Positions 11,087 through 24,344 are shown, counted from the first letter of the stretch. The stretch: 64,000 nucleotides of DNA from Chiloscyllium plagiosum (GCF_004010195.1 NC_057718.1:56284895-56348894), one strand, 5' to 3'. The notes: generated by a model not told the origin, from the sequence alone. Program-made: numbers and translations.

Positions 11087-13918
11087 ATGGCTAGTCATTT
11101 GTTTAAATGGTGCACCTGGAATGTCAAAGAGAGCCACTCGCCAATTAAAAGAAAAAAGATACTATCAAGTCTTAAAAAAGAGAGAGTCGATGTAGCCCTT
11201 TTACAGGAGACACATCTACTTGATAAGGAGCATTTGAAGCTGTAGTACGGAGGATTTGATCAGGTGTTTTTTTCACCTTTTAGTTCAAGAAGTATGGGAG
11301 TGGCCATTCTTATCTGAAAGAATCTTCCCTTCCAAATGTTAAGCCAGAAAAAGGATGAGTCCGGACAGTGTATAATACTTAAAGCCCTAATATATGGAGA
11401 GGAGTATGGGATTTTGAATATATATTGCCTCCTGGCATATCCATTTAAATTCGTAACAGATGCGCTTTCCAAGCTGATGGCCCTCGGGGGTGCGCCATGT
11501 AATTAAATTGGGGAGATTTTAATTGTATTATCGATCCCGAGGTCAACAGGATACCTAGGAGCTTTGCGGGTATATCTCTGAGATCTAGGCGGTTGGCTGA
11601 TCTGAATAGGGAGTTGGGGCTGGTAGATGTGTGGAGGTGTCTTCACTCTGAGGGTAGAGATTTTAATTTTTACTCTAACCCACACAAGTGCCATAGCAGA
11701 ATCGATACTTTTTTTTTGTCCCCTCGACCTTTCTGAATTCGATATTGTCTTGTAAAGTAGGGAAAATAGCTATTTCCGACCACGCAGCAATGTATATGGA
11801 GGTCAAGACTAGTGATGACAAGATGGGATCCCGGCATTGGCATATGGACCCTTTCCTATTAAAGGGAAAGAGCGATACTGGGATTAGTCGCCTCGCTAGA
11901 TGCAGAGAAAGCATTCGACTGGGTGGAATGGCCATATATATTTTATACTATGTAACGGTTTGGCATTGGAGAGGTTTTTACCAAATGGGTCGCAGTATTA
12001 TGTAACGACCCATAAGCAGCAGTGATTACCAATGGCATAAGATTGGATAGTTTTAGTGTTGGCAGAGGTTGTCGTCAAGGATGCCCCCTCTCGCCACTAC
12101 TATTTACACTAGTGATTGAACCGCTGGTGGAAGCTATCTGAACTGACCCCAATATAACGGCTCCAGAGGTAAGATTGAGTAAGCATAAAATCAGACTATG
12201 CGGACGACGCCCTTCTTTTCTTAAATGATCCATTGATATCTATGCCCCGCTTAATTCAAGTGGTTAATTTACTTGGTATGTTCTCAGGTTACAAAATTAA
12301 TTTTATGAAATCAGAGGCCATGTCGCTAGGAGGTCTTACCAGCATATCCAATTTTGCGGATGAATCCTACTTCCCCTTTCGGTGGTCACTGGGAGGTGTT
12401 CTCTATTTAGGTATTTTTATTACCCCAGTATTTGGTCAGCTATATAAAGCTAATTATATGCATTTACTAGAAAAAATAAGACAGGACCTCCAATGCTGGG
12501 AAAATCTCTCGATATCCTGGTTAGGAAGAATAGCTTTGGTCAAGATGAATATTCTACCTCGCCTATTATATCCCATGAAAATGCTTCCTTTGATGTTGCC
12601 GAGACAGGAGCTGCCTAAGCTTTATGGTTGGCTAGGCCCTTTTATTTGGAATCATAGCTAGCCCCTTATTAAATTAGATAAGTTTGCAGCTTCCACAAGT
12701 AAGGGGAGATCTAGATTTTTCGGATTTTAGGAGGTACCAACTAAGTTCCCTTAGTATGTAGTTGATTGGGTCTCTTGTGATCCGCAATCAATTTGCCTGG
12801 ATATTGAGGCTTCTCAAGCAAAATGCTCCCTCATCAATCTATTATATGGAGAAGATAAGAACTATCGCGGATCATTGTAAAAACCTGATTGTCCTAAACA
12901 TAATCAAAGCTTGGAAGATGATGCGACAGGGCATTGATCCATTGATATCTATGCCCCGCTTAATTCAAGTGGTTAATTTACAAAACACCTCCCCTTTTTT
13001 TCCTATAGTGGGAACATTGGGATTTCAGCTAGGCTTGACAGATGCTGGATTTAGAATTTGGGAGTCCAAAGGCATCTCCTGCTTGGGAGATCTGTTTGAT
13101 GGGGAGACCATGATGTCCTTTGAAAAGTTGCGTCAGACGTTTGGGTTGCTGAGCAAGGACTTTTTTCGATATTTTCAAGTATGAGACTTTGTACAAAAAA
13201 AGACCACATTGATGACTAATCCGCACAAATCAGATATGGAAAGGAGAGTGCTTCGGCCAATGTGCCCCCTCGGTCAGTACTCCTATCACTCGCTCGGTAA
13301 TAAGATATCGAAGGCCATGGAACAGTCAGATAAAACCTGGACTCAAGAATTAGATGGAAATCTCCTTAGAGATAAGGGAGGATGTTTGGGAAAATGCAAA
13401 GATCTCTATCTGTAATAGACTCAAGCTATTCAATTGAAGATACTTCATAGGGCTCATATAGCACCAGAATGGCTTGCAAAGTTCAAGGCAGGAGCGTCCC
13501 CAGTGTGTCCTAAGTGTAAAACAGAAGTTAGTCCTCTCACTAATTGTTTGTGGACATGCCATAACATTCGTAGACAATGTAGCAAATGCCTTGGCAAAGA
13601 TTTTGGGAACGGAGATTGAGTTGGACCTGGCGTCTCTCCTCTTGGGCTTTCCAAATCTTCCTTCTCTACATGCATACGGGAAGAAGCTATGTACTATCCT
13701 TTCCTTTTGTGCGAGGAAAAACATATTAATAAGTTGGGTATCGGAAAGTTCCCCCAGGACTTTCGAATTGGCATAGGATAGTTATAGAACATATTCCCCT
13801 GGACTTCCTTATGAATATGGTGCACCAAAAAACGGAATTACTTTATAGAACATGGCGGCCCTTTTTGAACTACACCGATGCAGATGTATTGGCCATACTG
13901 TTTAGGGCCTTTGTTTAG
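11087..13918 (+). pseudogene. L1 ORF2p (APE endonuclease, RT, Cys-rich C-terminus), disrupted and internally deleted
   Basis: TWNV, LQETHL, GDFN, ISDH (EN); [20 protein letters not shown] at 12197-12208 (RT); CPKC...C near 13506. Confidence 0.92.
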
Positions 13919-14296
13919 GCGTGAGGATGATGTTTGTTGGTTCGGGGGCCCCTGGAAGGAAGAGTCCGATATATATATATATGGGTATTGTTATGATTTG
14001 ATATAATTTTATTTTGAATGCTTATTTATTTACCTTTTTTTGTTGTTACTTATGTACTATACTGTGGTCTTTCTTTATATATAGAGTCTTCTTTCTTATA
14101 TCTTATTTTGTGTTTTGGTAGTTTGTAGAGTAGATTAGTAGTTAGTTTTCTTAATTTTATATTGATGCTGTTATATTGTAAAGTGGTAACACTATTTTGT
14201 ATTAATTTTGTAATTTTGTAAAAAAACTGAAAAACCTTTTTCTTTTTAAAAAAAATAAATGCAATCTTCTGGAAGAGAAATTATTCCAAAATCCCC

Positions 14297-14426
14297 TTTA
14301 TTTATTCATGTGGATGTGAATAATCTCATGCCATACTGAAACTGTGAGAACTTCTCCCAATGTTCTGGACTACATTCATACTTTATCCATGACAAAAGAA
14401 ACAGATTGTCTAATCACTCATTTATT
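14297..14426 (-). promoter_or_regulatory. Candidate CLHC1 polyadenylation signals
   Basis: AATAAA on minus strand (tttatt on plus) at 14421-14426, 14301-14306 and 14297-14302, 260-390 nt after the stop. Confidence 0.4.
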
Positions 14427-14570
14427 TACTGTTTGTGGAGTCTTCTTGGAGTGCATACTTTGACTGCAGTGTTTGTCAACACAACATTTCAAAAATAATC
14501 CATTTATCAAAAAGCACACGAGCATGTCCCGAAGATGTGATATGTAAAACCACTATATGTAAAACTACAT
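14335..14570 (+). mobile_element. Degenerate Deu-domain SINE (SacSINE1/AmnSINE-like) in the CLHC1 3' region
   Basis: aaacagattgtctaatc...tactgtttgtgg...gactgcagtgttt...ttcaaaaata...cactatat resembles the recalled Deu-SINE core and tail. Confidence 0.5.
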
Positions 14571-14682
14571 GAATTTAAGAATGTATTGTAAAATTTCAGT
14601 AAAATTGCTATATTTTAGTTGAAATGCTTTAAAAACATTGTATTAAGGAAGAACAAACTCTGTAAAATTTGAAGAATCTGAG

Positions 14683-14891
14683 CTACAAAAAAATATGTTC
14701 TATTAATTTTGCACCATCATTATCAGATTCCGTTGTAATTCTTATCACAGTTCCGCCTTCTTGTGATGTCAGCACAGTAAAAATGCTGTCTGCCAACTCA
14801 TTGCAGTTGTATGTAATGCACTTAGCTGCAATCTCCTGCCAATCTTCCAATGTACAGTTAACGTCATTAAGGATAGTTCGTTCCATGGCAT
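14683..14891 (-). CDS. CLHC1: CLHC1 terminal coding exon (DAMERTILND...WQEIA...KLIEHIFL*)
   Basis: gtgtttag acceptor, TAG stop at 14685-14683; matches human C-terminus KWQEVANIC...NLMEHVFW. Confidence 0.92.
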
Positions 14892-15004
14892 CTAAACACG
14901 TAAATTATTACAATAAAGAAGAAATTAATAGAAATCTGGTTCTTATTATTGTGATCTTGAAATTGTACAGTAAACAGAACTTTCATCCATAGAAGATCTC
15001 TGAT

Positions 15005-15575
15005 GTCATAGAGTCATAGATGTCTTGTCCATGCTGACAAGAGATCCTAAACTAATCTAGTCTCATTTGCCAGCTCTTGGCCCATATGCCTCTAAACCTT
15101 CCTATTCACATATCCATCCGGATGCCTTTTAAATAATATAATTGTACCAGCCTTCACCACTTCCTTTGGCAGCTCATTCCATACATGCAACGCCCTTTGC
15201 ATGAAAAAGTTGCCCTTAGGTTCCTTTTAAATCTTTCCCCTCTCACCTTAAACCTATGCCCTCTAGTTCTGGACTCCCCCACCCCAGGGAAAATACTTTG
15301 TCTATTTACCCTATCCATGCCCCTCATGATCTTTCAACCTCGATAAGGTTACCCTTCAGACTCTGACGCTCCAGGGAAAACAGCCCCAGCCTATTCAGCC
15401 TCTCTCGATAGTTCGTACACTCCAACCCTGGCAACATCCTTGTGAGAGACCAGACTTGCATACAATATTCCAGAAGTGGCCTAACCAATGTCCTGTAGAG
15501 CCCCAACATGACCTCCCAACTCCTATACTCAATGACCAATCAAGGAAAGCATACCAAACACCTTCTTCACTATCC
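15005..15575 (-). mobile_element. CR1/HER1-like LINE 3' fragment
   Basis: LYRTLVRPLLEYC peptide, (tctatga)n tail. Confidence 0.9.
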
Positions 15576-16584
15576 TTCATATTTTCCAAAATTCTCAATG
15601 CATAAAATCTAAATTGGTTAAAACCTCACTATCCACATATTGTCCTCAAATAAATGCCACATATTCATCGCTTTAAGCTATTATGACATTCTGTCGTTCT
15701 CTTCCCAAAACATTGAATTCAAAATCCTTTACCCATTTACCAGTATTTCCATGACTTAATCCTATTCTATTCTGTACCTTCATCCAGCCTTACATTCAAT
15801 GCCCCAGTCAGCATTAATCCAACCTCAAACTACCTTGCATTCTTTTCCTGGAATTTGTCTTGGTAGCAGATCTTTGAGCTGTCAATGCCCTATAAGGTAT
15901 ATTCTCCTTCATTTGAAACAAGCTGTTAAAAGTTTGGGAGATTGTGGGCCATTGTGGAAAGATCCATTGCTACATGTGTAAAGGACACATATCAAAAGTT
16001 GTAAAATCCTGTCCTTTCCTAGTTGAGGAGAATCCAATCTGGGGTGGAAGTGAAAACATGTATTTTCTACTTCCCACTTAGACACTTAGATATCCTCTTA
16101 CAGTACAGCATGGAGCTGCCACTAATGGACCCCAGAGGCACCAGAGCTTTTTAGAGGAATATGCATGGCAATCAGGATAAGATTTCTGGCCTTGGGTAAG
16201 TGTAAACTTGAGAATTTCAAGCATAGTTGTTTGAATGCAAAATTCCCTGAAAGTGTCGCACTAAATCGATAAAGATGTAAAATATGACAACAGCATCTGG
16301 ATTTTACAAATGTAACTTGTAGTATGAGAATAAATAAGTAATTATAACTTTACAAAACACATTGTTTTAGATGCTTTATTTAGAGAAACATCTTTATTAT
16401 GCTGTTTCACTCTCAACTGCAAGGATGCGGTCTTTTTAGTTTTGTGTTTTTTAAGATTGTAGACTGAAATGGATGGTTTTAAACCCCTAATTAGGCTCAA
16501 ATGCAGCAGTTTTGAAAAGACAGCTATATGTTTTGAAATGCAAATAACCTTACACCCAAGGCAAGCATCGTAAAAACTGTTTAG

Positions 16585-17100
16585 AAGAATGAGAGGAGAT
16601 GTAGTGAGGTATATAAGATTCTAAAGAGGTTTGACAAAATAAGTGTAGAGAGGATGTTTCTTCTGTTCTAAAGAAGGGTCACTGAACCTGAAACATTTAT
16701 TCTGCTGCCAGACTTAATGAGTTTTTCCAGCAATTTCTTTTTCCCCAGCATCCACGGTTCTTTGCTTTTTTGAGAGAATGTTTCTCTTGTAGGGCAATCT
16801 AGAATGAGAGGTCGTAGTTTTAGGATGAGGGATAGCAAATTTAAAACAGAGACGAGGAAAAATTACTTCTCTCAAAGGATTGTAAATCTGTGGAATTCAC
16901 TATCCCAGAATGTGGTGGATGCCAGAACATTAAATAAATTTAAGAAGGAAAGACAGGTTTTTAAATTAGTAATGGGTTGAAGGGTTCTGGGTAATGGGCA
17001 GGAAGGTGAATATGAGGCTGAGATGAAATCAGCCATGATTGTATTGAATGATAGAGCAAGCTCGAAGTACTGAATAGCCTACTCCTGCTCCTAGTTCTTA
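16585..17100 (+). mobile_element. CR1-like 3' fragment with an old PLE terminus inserted (about 16667-16770)
   Basis: agaatgagaggaga...ttcttctctcaaaggattgtaaatctgtggaattc and cctactcctgctcct tail; ctaaagaagggtc...gaaac insert. Confidence 0.7.
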
Positions 17101-18231
17101 CACTTTTTTTTGTGTACTTACTTTAAAATATTTAATTTGATGAATCAGGGAATAGTAAGGTTAGATTTCCACTGTGCTACCCAAGTAAGTTGTGACATAG
17201 TTTAAGTTCTGACAACATATCAGCACAGTTGCTGTTGAAATATTGATGCAAACTTCTGTCATCTTCAGACTCAACTATTCCAACAGTTTTCTTCACTGGT
17301 CTCCCACCTTATAATTGAGCAAACTTAGGTTTATCCATAACTCTGCTGCTGTATTCTGATTCACAAGAAGTTTGGCTCACCCATTACTCTGCTATTACTT
17401 ATACAAAAGTAAAATACTGCATTTACCGGAAGTCTGAAATCTGAACAAAAAAGGTTTGAAAAACTTAACAGATCAGGCCACAACCATGGAAAGAAACACA
17501 GTTAATGGGTTGGATTTTCTGAGGAGTGGCAATTACAGTCCATTCCTTCTCTGTTACACAGTGAAAGACCTTTACATTTCTGACAAGAAATTCCAGTCAG
17601 GGCTCCTTTAGAAATATGAAGCTGTACTTTTATTCTAACATAATTTTTGTAATACAGGACTTTTGGGGGATGGCAAAAAACGTACTCTTTTTCAAAAAGT
17701 CAGTTGTCATAATTTGTGACTTAAAGGTCCAGTATCTAGTTTTTGTGAAAGAATAACTACATGAGATAGATATGAGGTTCCGGTGCTTGGAGGACGTGGT
17801 GTCAGGTTAGGACAGTTCAGGGTGATGGGAGAAATCTGGTCTGATGGGGTTATTTGTGTATGGTTTTGCTGTTTGAGTCACAGATCCCAAGGATAGGTGC
17901 CAGGATGGGTGCCAGATGTGGCAGGTGGCAGGGGATATTGGGTCCCAGGGATAGAGGGGTGATGTGAGGTCAGGGTCTTGGGAATATAAGGGTTCTGGGG
18001 AAAGTATTGTTATTGATGTGTATATTAAGTTGGGGGGACATTTGAATTATTGCTTAGGACTTAAACTAGGTATTTAATGGTCTAACCTTGCTTGGGAACG
18101 ATTTACGTAGCTGCAGTGAAAGGCTCTGAATTCTCCAATTTGAATGATTCAAACATTCTCGAACTCTTAAATAGTGCATTGGAATGTTTTAATTTGTTAA
18201 TGGAGTTAAATGACTCTAGCTGTCTGCTTAC

Positions 18232-18411
18232 CTTGACCTGAATCATATATTTCTTTCAGAAGATGAAATCCAGTTTCCTCGTGATCATTTGAAATCAGCC
18301 ACAATACAGCAATCCCAGTTGAGAGAACTGCTGGGTTTCCATTCCATTCATTAGTGAGACACTGAATTAACTCAGAGTTTGGGCACTTGTTCATCAAAAA
18401 TAAATAATCAT
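18232..18411 (-). CDS. CLHC1: CLHC1 coding exon (DDYLFLMNKCPNSELIQCLT...LLKEIYDSGQ)
   Basis: cctgtaag acceptor, G|gtaagc donor, 180 nt; matches human CPQVELIQCLTKE. Confidence 0.92.
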
Positions 18412-19632
18412 CTTACAGGAAAATAATTAAAACAAGAAATTAGAAAAGGTCAATGCAAGACAGACTGACAACACATCAACCAACATGTACCAGAATGCAT
18501 CAGAAAGAGAATACCATTTTGTACCACTGCTCAAGATAAACTTCAACTTCTAAATATTTTGCAACAGGAAACAGTTTCAACAGACTTTGCAACTTTTATG
18601 GAAAAAAAACTACACAAAACTTTTGAAAAGAAGAAATTTGAATGTGTAGAGAACAGCAGGGTTAGTTTTGATTTGCTCTACTGTCAAATTGGCACAAGAG
18701 AAGGATTGCCTCTGTCTGTGCTATAAACTTCTTTTCCTCTAATAGTTTAGTTCGGGATCACTTTTCTCAACACAAAATCAGACAAGGAGGTCAGCTTTAC
18801 TCCTGAGGAATTTGAGCAGAAAAACTATATGAATTTATTGATATGAATCTATCCATTTATACAGACTATTTAAATTCCTTTTTGGAGTAGGAAAGTCTAT
18901 GGATAATTGCTATAGGTGGATTGTTCACTTGCATCGTCTACCTGAAGGGTTTACTCACTGCTTGAGTAAATTCAAACTTTCACATAAATGTTGCTATAAG
19001 ACATATTGAATCATGTGAAAAGGACCCAGTATCTCAGACTAGAAAGAACATTGAATGCAAATTGGATCAATATCCTCATTTTAATGTTTGCCTACTGGTG
19101 ATTCTGGCATGCTTCCCTAAATTCTTCATTGACCAGGGTTGATCCCCAGGCTTGATGGTAATGGCTGAATGGGGGCTATGCCAAGCTCTGAAGTTACAGG
19201 TTGGTTGAATATAATTCTGCTGATTATGATGGTTCATGGATGGCCAATTTGTCAGATTTATATGAAATCTACACCATTTAGTACAGTGATAGTGTCACAT
19301 AACACAACGGATGGTATCCTCAATGTGAGATGGGACTTCATCTCCACAGGAAATTTGTGGTTGTCGCTGTACCGATACTTTCCTGGATAAATGTATCTGC
19401 CATATATGTGGTATGGTGAGGACAAGGTCAAGTAGGCTTCTCCCTCACGCTGGTTCCCTCCCAACCTGTCACAGATCCGGTTTAGCAACAATGACATTGA
19501 GGATTGGTATTACTAAGCTATCCTATCTGCCACTGGGACGTGACATGTCCAGGGATGATGATGGTATTTAGGATACAATCTATACGGTCTGATTCCATGA
19601 GTATATCAATGTGAGGCTGATGCTTAATCAGG

Positions 19633-19756
19633 AGGATGAAGGGCTTATGCCCGAAACGTCGATTCTCCTGCTTCTCGGATGCTGCCTGACTTGCTATGCT
19701 TTTCCAGTGCCACACTTCGACTTAGATCCCCAGCATCTGCAGTCCTCACATACTCC
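19633..19756 (+). mobile_element. 5'-truncated PLE terminus inside a decayed LINE fragment
   Basis: gatgaagggcttatgcccgaaacgtc; TSD ctgatgcttaat(c/t)agg at 19617-19632 and 19757-19772. Confidence 0.8.
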
Positions 19757-20520
19757 CTGATGCTTAATTAGGCTGAGGTACAACTCAAGCCCCAATATTA
19801 GTTAGGAGGACTTGATAGAGTTGAAAATACCAGATGTTCCTTTGTCATTTTCAGCACTTACATTGAGGTCGGGAGATCTATCCAATATCATTCCTTATTG
19901 ATATTTTTACAGCAGTTTAGCTTGCTAGGCCATTTATGGGTATTTAAGAATGCACAATGCTGTAGGTCTGATGTCACAAATAGGCAGATCAGGTAAACAG
20001 AGTAGATTTCCTTCCCCAACATTAAATCGTGGTGCAGTTGCGTTTTTATAAGAATGCCATTACTGACAATAGCTTTTAATTCCAGATTTATTAATTAAAT
20101 TTTCATTCTGCCAATGCCATAGTGGGAGTTGAATACATGTACCCACACCACCTGATTGCTAGTGTCACAATGCCTCCTCTATTGTCATATTTACTCTACC
20201 ACCTTCTCACCATTCTGATACTTGCTGTGATGCAGTTCTGGCAGGTATACCCAGACAATGCAAAAAATAAGCCCTTAAATCTCTGCAAAAGTTTTAAAAC
20301 ATCAAACACCAATTTGAGACCAATTAAATTCAAAAATTTACATATTAAAATTTATGACTATTAGTGTTTTCAATAGACTACATTTCCACTTCAAGCTAAG
20401 TAATAGAGAGAAGCGGTTCTGTAACAATTAATGACTCAGCTGGAACTTTCAATTTAAATTCCCATTCCAATATTAATTACATTGACTAAAATATAGCCTA
20501 ATCCCTTCTCAAGCTCTTAC

Positions 20521-20723
20521 CCAAGCTGAACTTTTTAGAGTCACGAATATATTCCATTGCTCCAGAAATCTGCCTGCACCTGCACAAGCAGAGAGCAGCT
20601 TTCTTGTGCACATCACATTTATTGTAGACAATCTGAGCCAGGACCATGCATGTGTCCATATTCCGCAGTTCAGTATCTCCATAATTGTAAATCAAGTCTC
20701 CCAATTCTTCAGAACACGTTACT
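20521..20723 (-). CDS. CLHC1: CLHC1 coding exon (VTCSEELGDLIYNYG...HKKAALCLC...KFSL)
   Basis: ctctag acceptor, G|gtaaga donor, 203 nt; matches human LTFSEEAGDVI...LAQIVY...HKKAILCLC. Confidence 0.93.
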
Positions 20724-21454
20724 CTAGAGATGACAAGAGGAAGAAAACATTTTATCAAAAATCAAAAGGATTTTCAATAAAACAACAAAATATATTCTAT
20801 TTGTTACATCTAAAATGAGCTATCAATTATTGGATTTTAGGAGGTGAAATTCAATTTCAACAGCATGTACGTATAAGCAGATCAGGAGCTGACTGTACAA
20901 CCTGCCTGACTCCAACAGAAAAGAAAATTTGCTGTGGGAGCCAGTCTGCTTTCGTTCATTTTGCATTAACTCTCATCAAAAACTGAGTATCACCCCCTTA
21001 ATTTCTGTTTACTTTAGCATATTTTTGAAAATTGTGTAGACAAGTTAACCAGAGCTCATCAGCAGTGAAGTTGCAAGACATGAATAGCTCCAATATGCTG
21101 AATACACAGCCAAGCTATCAGATAACAAGGATATTTAATGATGAATAGCACCCAGAACTTCAAACTGCATTATTATTATACTGCATGATTTATCACAACA
21201 TTACAATATTTTCTCCAGAAAACCTTGATTGATGCAAGGGAAATCTTTAGCTCCAAAACAACAATATTAGAACAAAAATATGGAGCACTGAATTGGCTGC
21301 CTGTTACACACCCCCTTGAAGTGAACAAAAATGAAAACTGGGCAGGTGTACGATAGAGATAGCTGGAATGAAATTTATCCTACCTCCTTACTTCATTGTA
21401 TTAGGCAATCGGATAAAGGCAGCAGTAAAATGGAGACCTTAATTTCTACTATCT

Positions 21455-21740
21455 CATAGAATAATAGAGATATACAGCATGGAAACAGACCCTTCAATCC
21501 AACTCGTCCACGCTTACCAGACATCCTAAACTAATCTAGTCTCATTAGCCAGAACTTGGCCCATATCCCTCGAAACTCATCGTATTCATATAACCATCCA
21601 GATATTTTTTAAATGTTGTAATTGCATCAGCCTACACCATTTCCTCTGGCAGCTCATTCCATACACACACCAACCACTGCAAGGTCCCTTTTAAATTTTT
21701 CTCCTCTCACCCTAAACCTATGCCCTCTAGCTCTGGACTA
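21455..21740 (-). mobile_element. CR1/HER1-like 3' end
   Basis: Same 3' end as the 15005 and 35167 copies. Confidence 0.85.
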
Positions 21741-21900
21741 GTCTGTTGAAATAACAAGCTATCAGATTGTCTGACCCCATTTCTTTCCATTAGATTCCCA
21801 CATTACTTCCTTGACTTTCTTGGTTCAGAAGCCCAGGCTAGGAGTAGCACCTGTCCCTGCTCCTGGCTGTTAAGTTGGGGTCTGCAGCACATTATTTGAT

Positions 21901-23119
21901 TCTGGATTAGTGGTGCTGGAAGAGCACAGCAGTTCAGGCAGCATCCAAGGAGCAGCGAAATCGACGTTTCGGGCAAAAGCCCTTCATCAGGAATAAAGGC
22001 AGAGAGCCTGAAGCGTGGAGAGATAAGCTAGAGGGGGGTGGGGTTGGGGAGAAAGTAGCATAGAGTACAATAGGCGAGTGGGGGAAGGGATGAAGGTGAT
22101 AGGTCAGGGAGGAGAGGGTGGAGTGGATAGGTGGAAAAGGAGNNNNNNNNNNNNNNNNNNNNNNNNNNNNNNNNNNNNNNNNNNNNNNNNNNNNNNNNNN
22201 NNNNNNNNNNNNNNNNNNNNNNNNNNNNNNNNNNNNNNNNNNNNNNNNNNNNNNNNNNNNNNNNNNNNNNNNNNNNNNNNNNNNNNNNNNNNNNNNNNNN
22301 NNNNNNNNNNNNNNNNNNNNNNNNNNNNNNNNNNNNNNNNNNNNNNNNNNNNNNNNNNNNNNNNNNNNNNNNNNNNNNNNNNNNNNNNNNNNNNNNNNNN
22401 NNNNNNNNNNNNNNNNNNNNNNNNNNNNNNNNNNNNNNNNNNNNNNNNNNNNNNNNNNNNNNNNNNNNNNNNNNNNNNNNNNNNNNNNNNNNNNNNNNNN
22501 NNNNNNNNNNNNNNNNNNNNNNNNNNNNNNNNNNNNNNNNNNNNNNNNNNNNNNNNNNNNNNNNNNNNNNNNNNNNNNNNNNNNNNNNNNNNNNNNNNNN
22601 NNNNNNNNNNNNNNNNNNNNNNNNNNNNNNNNNNNNNNNNNNNNNNNNNNNNNNNNNNNNNNNNNNNNNNNNNNNNNNNNNNNNNNNNNNNNNNNNNNNN
22701 NNNNNNNNNNNNNNNNNNNNNNNNNNNNNNNNNNNNNNNNNNNNNNNNNNNNNNNNNNNNNNNNNNNNNNNNNNNNNNNNNNNNNNNNNNNNNNNNNNNN
22801 NNNNNNNNNNNNNNNNNNNNNNNNNNNNNNNGGCAGAGGAATTGGGAATACGGGATGGCATTTTTGCAAGAGGTAGGGTGGGAAGAGGTGTAATCCAGGT
22901 AGCTGTGGGAGTCGGTGGGTTTGTAAAAAATGTCAGTGTCAAGTCGGTCGTCGTTAATGGAGATGGAGAGGTCCAGGAAGGGGAGGGAGGTGTCAGAGAT
23001 GGTCCAGGTAAATTTAAGGTCAGGGTGGAATGTGTTGGTAAAGTTGATGAATTGCTCAACCTCCTCGCGGGAGCACGAGGTGGCGCCAATGCAGTCATCA
23101 ATGTAGCGGAGGAAGAGGT
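21901..23119 (-). mobile_element. Penelope-like element (RT fragment and terminus) spanning gap 22143-22831
   Basis: Minus-strand LFLRYIDDCIG...FHPDLKFT...LPFLD; intact hammerhead motif 21961-21994. Confidence 0.88.
21959..21994 (-). ncRNA. Minimal type I hammerhead ribozyme motif (family 1, best-preserved copy)
   Basis: AUUC-CUGAUGA-A-GGGC-UUUU-GCCC-GAA-ACGU-C-GAUU; helix I is weak. Confidence 0.65.
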
Positions 23120-24344
23120 GAATCAGGCCCTGAGATGCGGTTGACCAGACCTCACTTCCCTGGTATTACTGAATTTCTCACAAGGTATTGTGCTGTCCTA
23201 GACATTATACATTTCCTTTTCAATACCAGTACCAGAGTTTCAGTTACTTTACTACTCCCTAGTGGCCAACTTAAACACAAGTGTCTGGGTATACCGTGAA
23301 TATATCCAAGAACAGTGGAATAGGAAAGGGTGGCAGAATAAAGTTGGCTCAACTCTGTTTTATCTTTTGCCTCCCTGAATACATCAATGTTTTATTGTTA
23401 GTTTCTTTAAAATGCTAAATTATGCAAGGCATAAGAGATAACAATAATGTTTGCAGTCTTAGAAGTGCTATAATACAGGACACCCTTCCCCCACCTCCCT
23501 TGTGAAGTCTAAGCAATACAGTCTCTGCTTCACGACATGAAAAATGAATATTAATATTATCCTGACAATTACATTGAGTGCATTACATCTCTTAAGCTCT
23601 TGTCCTGGAGTATCTCACTTCTGTGATAAACCAAGAAGAATATTTATGGACACCAATAAACAAATTATCTGCTACAGTTATGTAAACAGTAGTTCCAAAT
23701 AATCTTAAAAATCCTAAGAAATAGTAAATTTTTGTTTGAAAGATCCAAAGTCCTAAGGAATTCAATTATTTGAACAGAGGAAGTCTGATTAGAAAGGAAC
23801 TGTTTCATATAATTGTTCAGTTTATCAGGAATTGTGTATGCCTTTAGAACATGTTGTGGCAAGGACTCTTGTTAACATAAATAATCTGTATGCTATCACC
23901 AAACTCAAACGAAAGTAGGCTGAATGTAGGAAGCTAGATTCTGCTAATCAGTGCCACAGATTTGACCCACTGCATTCTCAATCCTACCACAGAATAGTTA
24001 GCACAGATAGTTAATATACACGCCCTTCATTTTTAGGGTCATTATTTAGGCTAGACTAATGGGATGAAATATCTCCTGCCTCAGCAACCTCATTTTAAAT
24101 TACTGTCAGTTCGCAGTATAGATATACCTTTTATTCAGTAATTTAAAATGCTAACATCTTTTTTAAAATCAACCTTTTTGGTTATATTCTCACACAGCTT
24201 TGGAGAGGTAAAACCTGAACTTGGACCTTCTGAACCAAATAGTTTAACTAAGATTCATTCAGTTGATGTGAACCTTGTTGGCAAGGACAACATTTTTTAC
24301 CCATTCCTTTGAGAAGGCAGTGGGGAGTCATCTTCAGGAACTGT

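Larger units (their letters stand above)
9520..14260 (+). mobile_element. Near-full-length L1 LINE, inactivated
   Basis: 5' GGGGGATTCAAGATGGC (YY1-type motif), ORF1, T-rich spacer, ORF2, T-rich 3' UTR, A-rich tail. Confidence 0.92.

Noticed and set aside
21934..23144. Long ORFs of 250-490 aa here, and similar gap-spanning ORFs at 37538-38218 and 57633-59204
   Set aside because: Length comes from N runs translated as X; the real parts are PLE fragments
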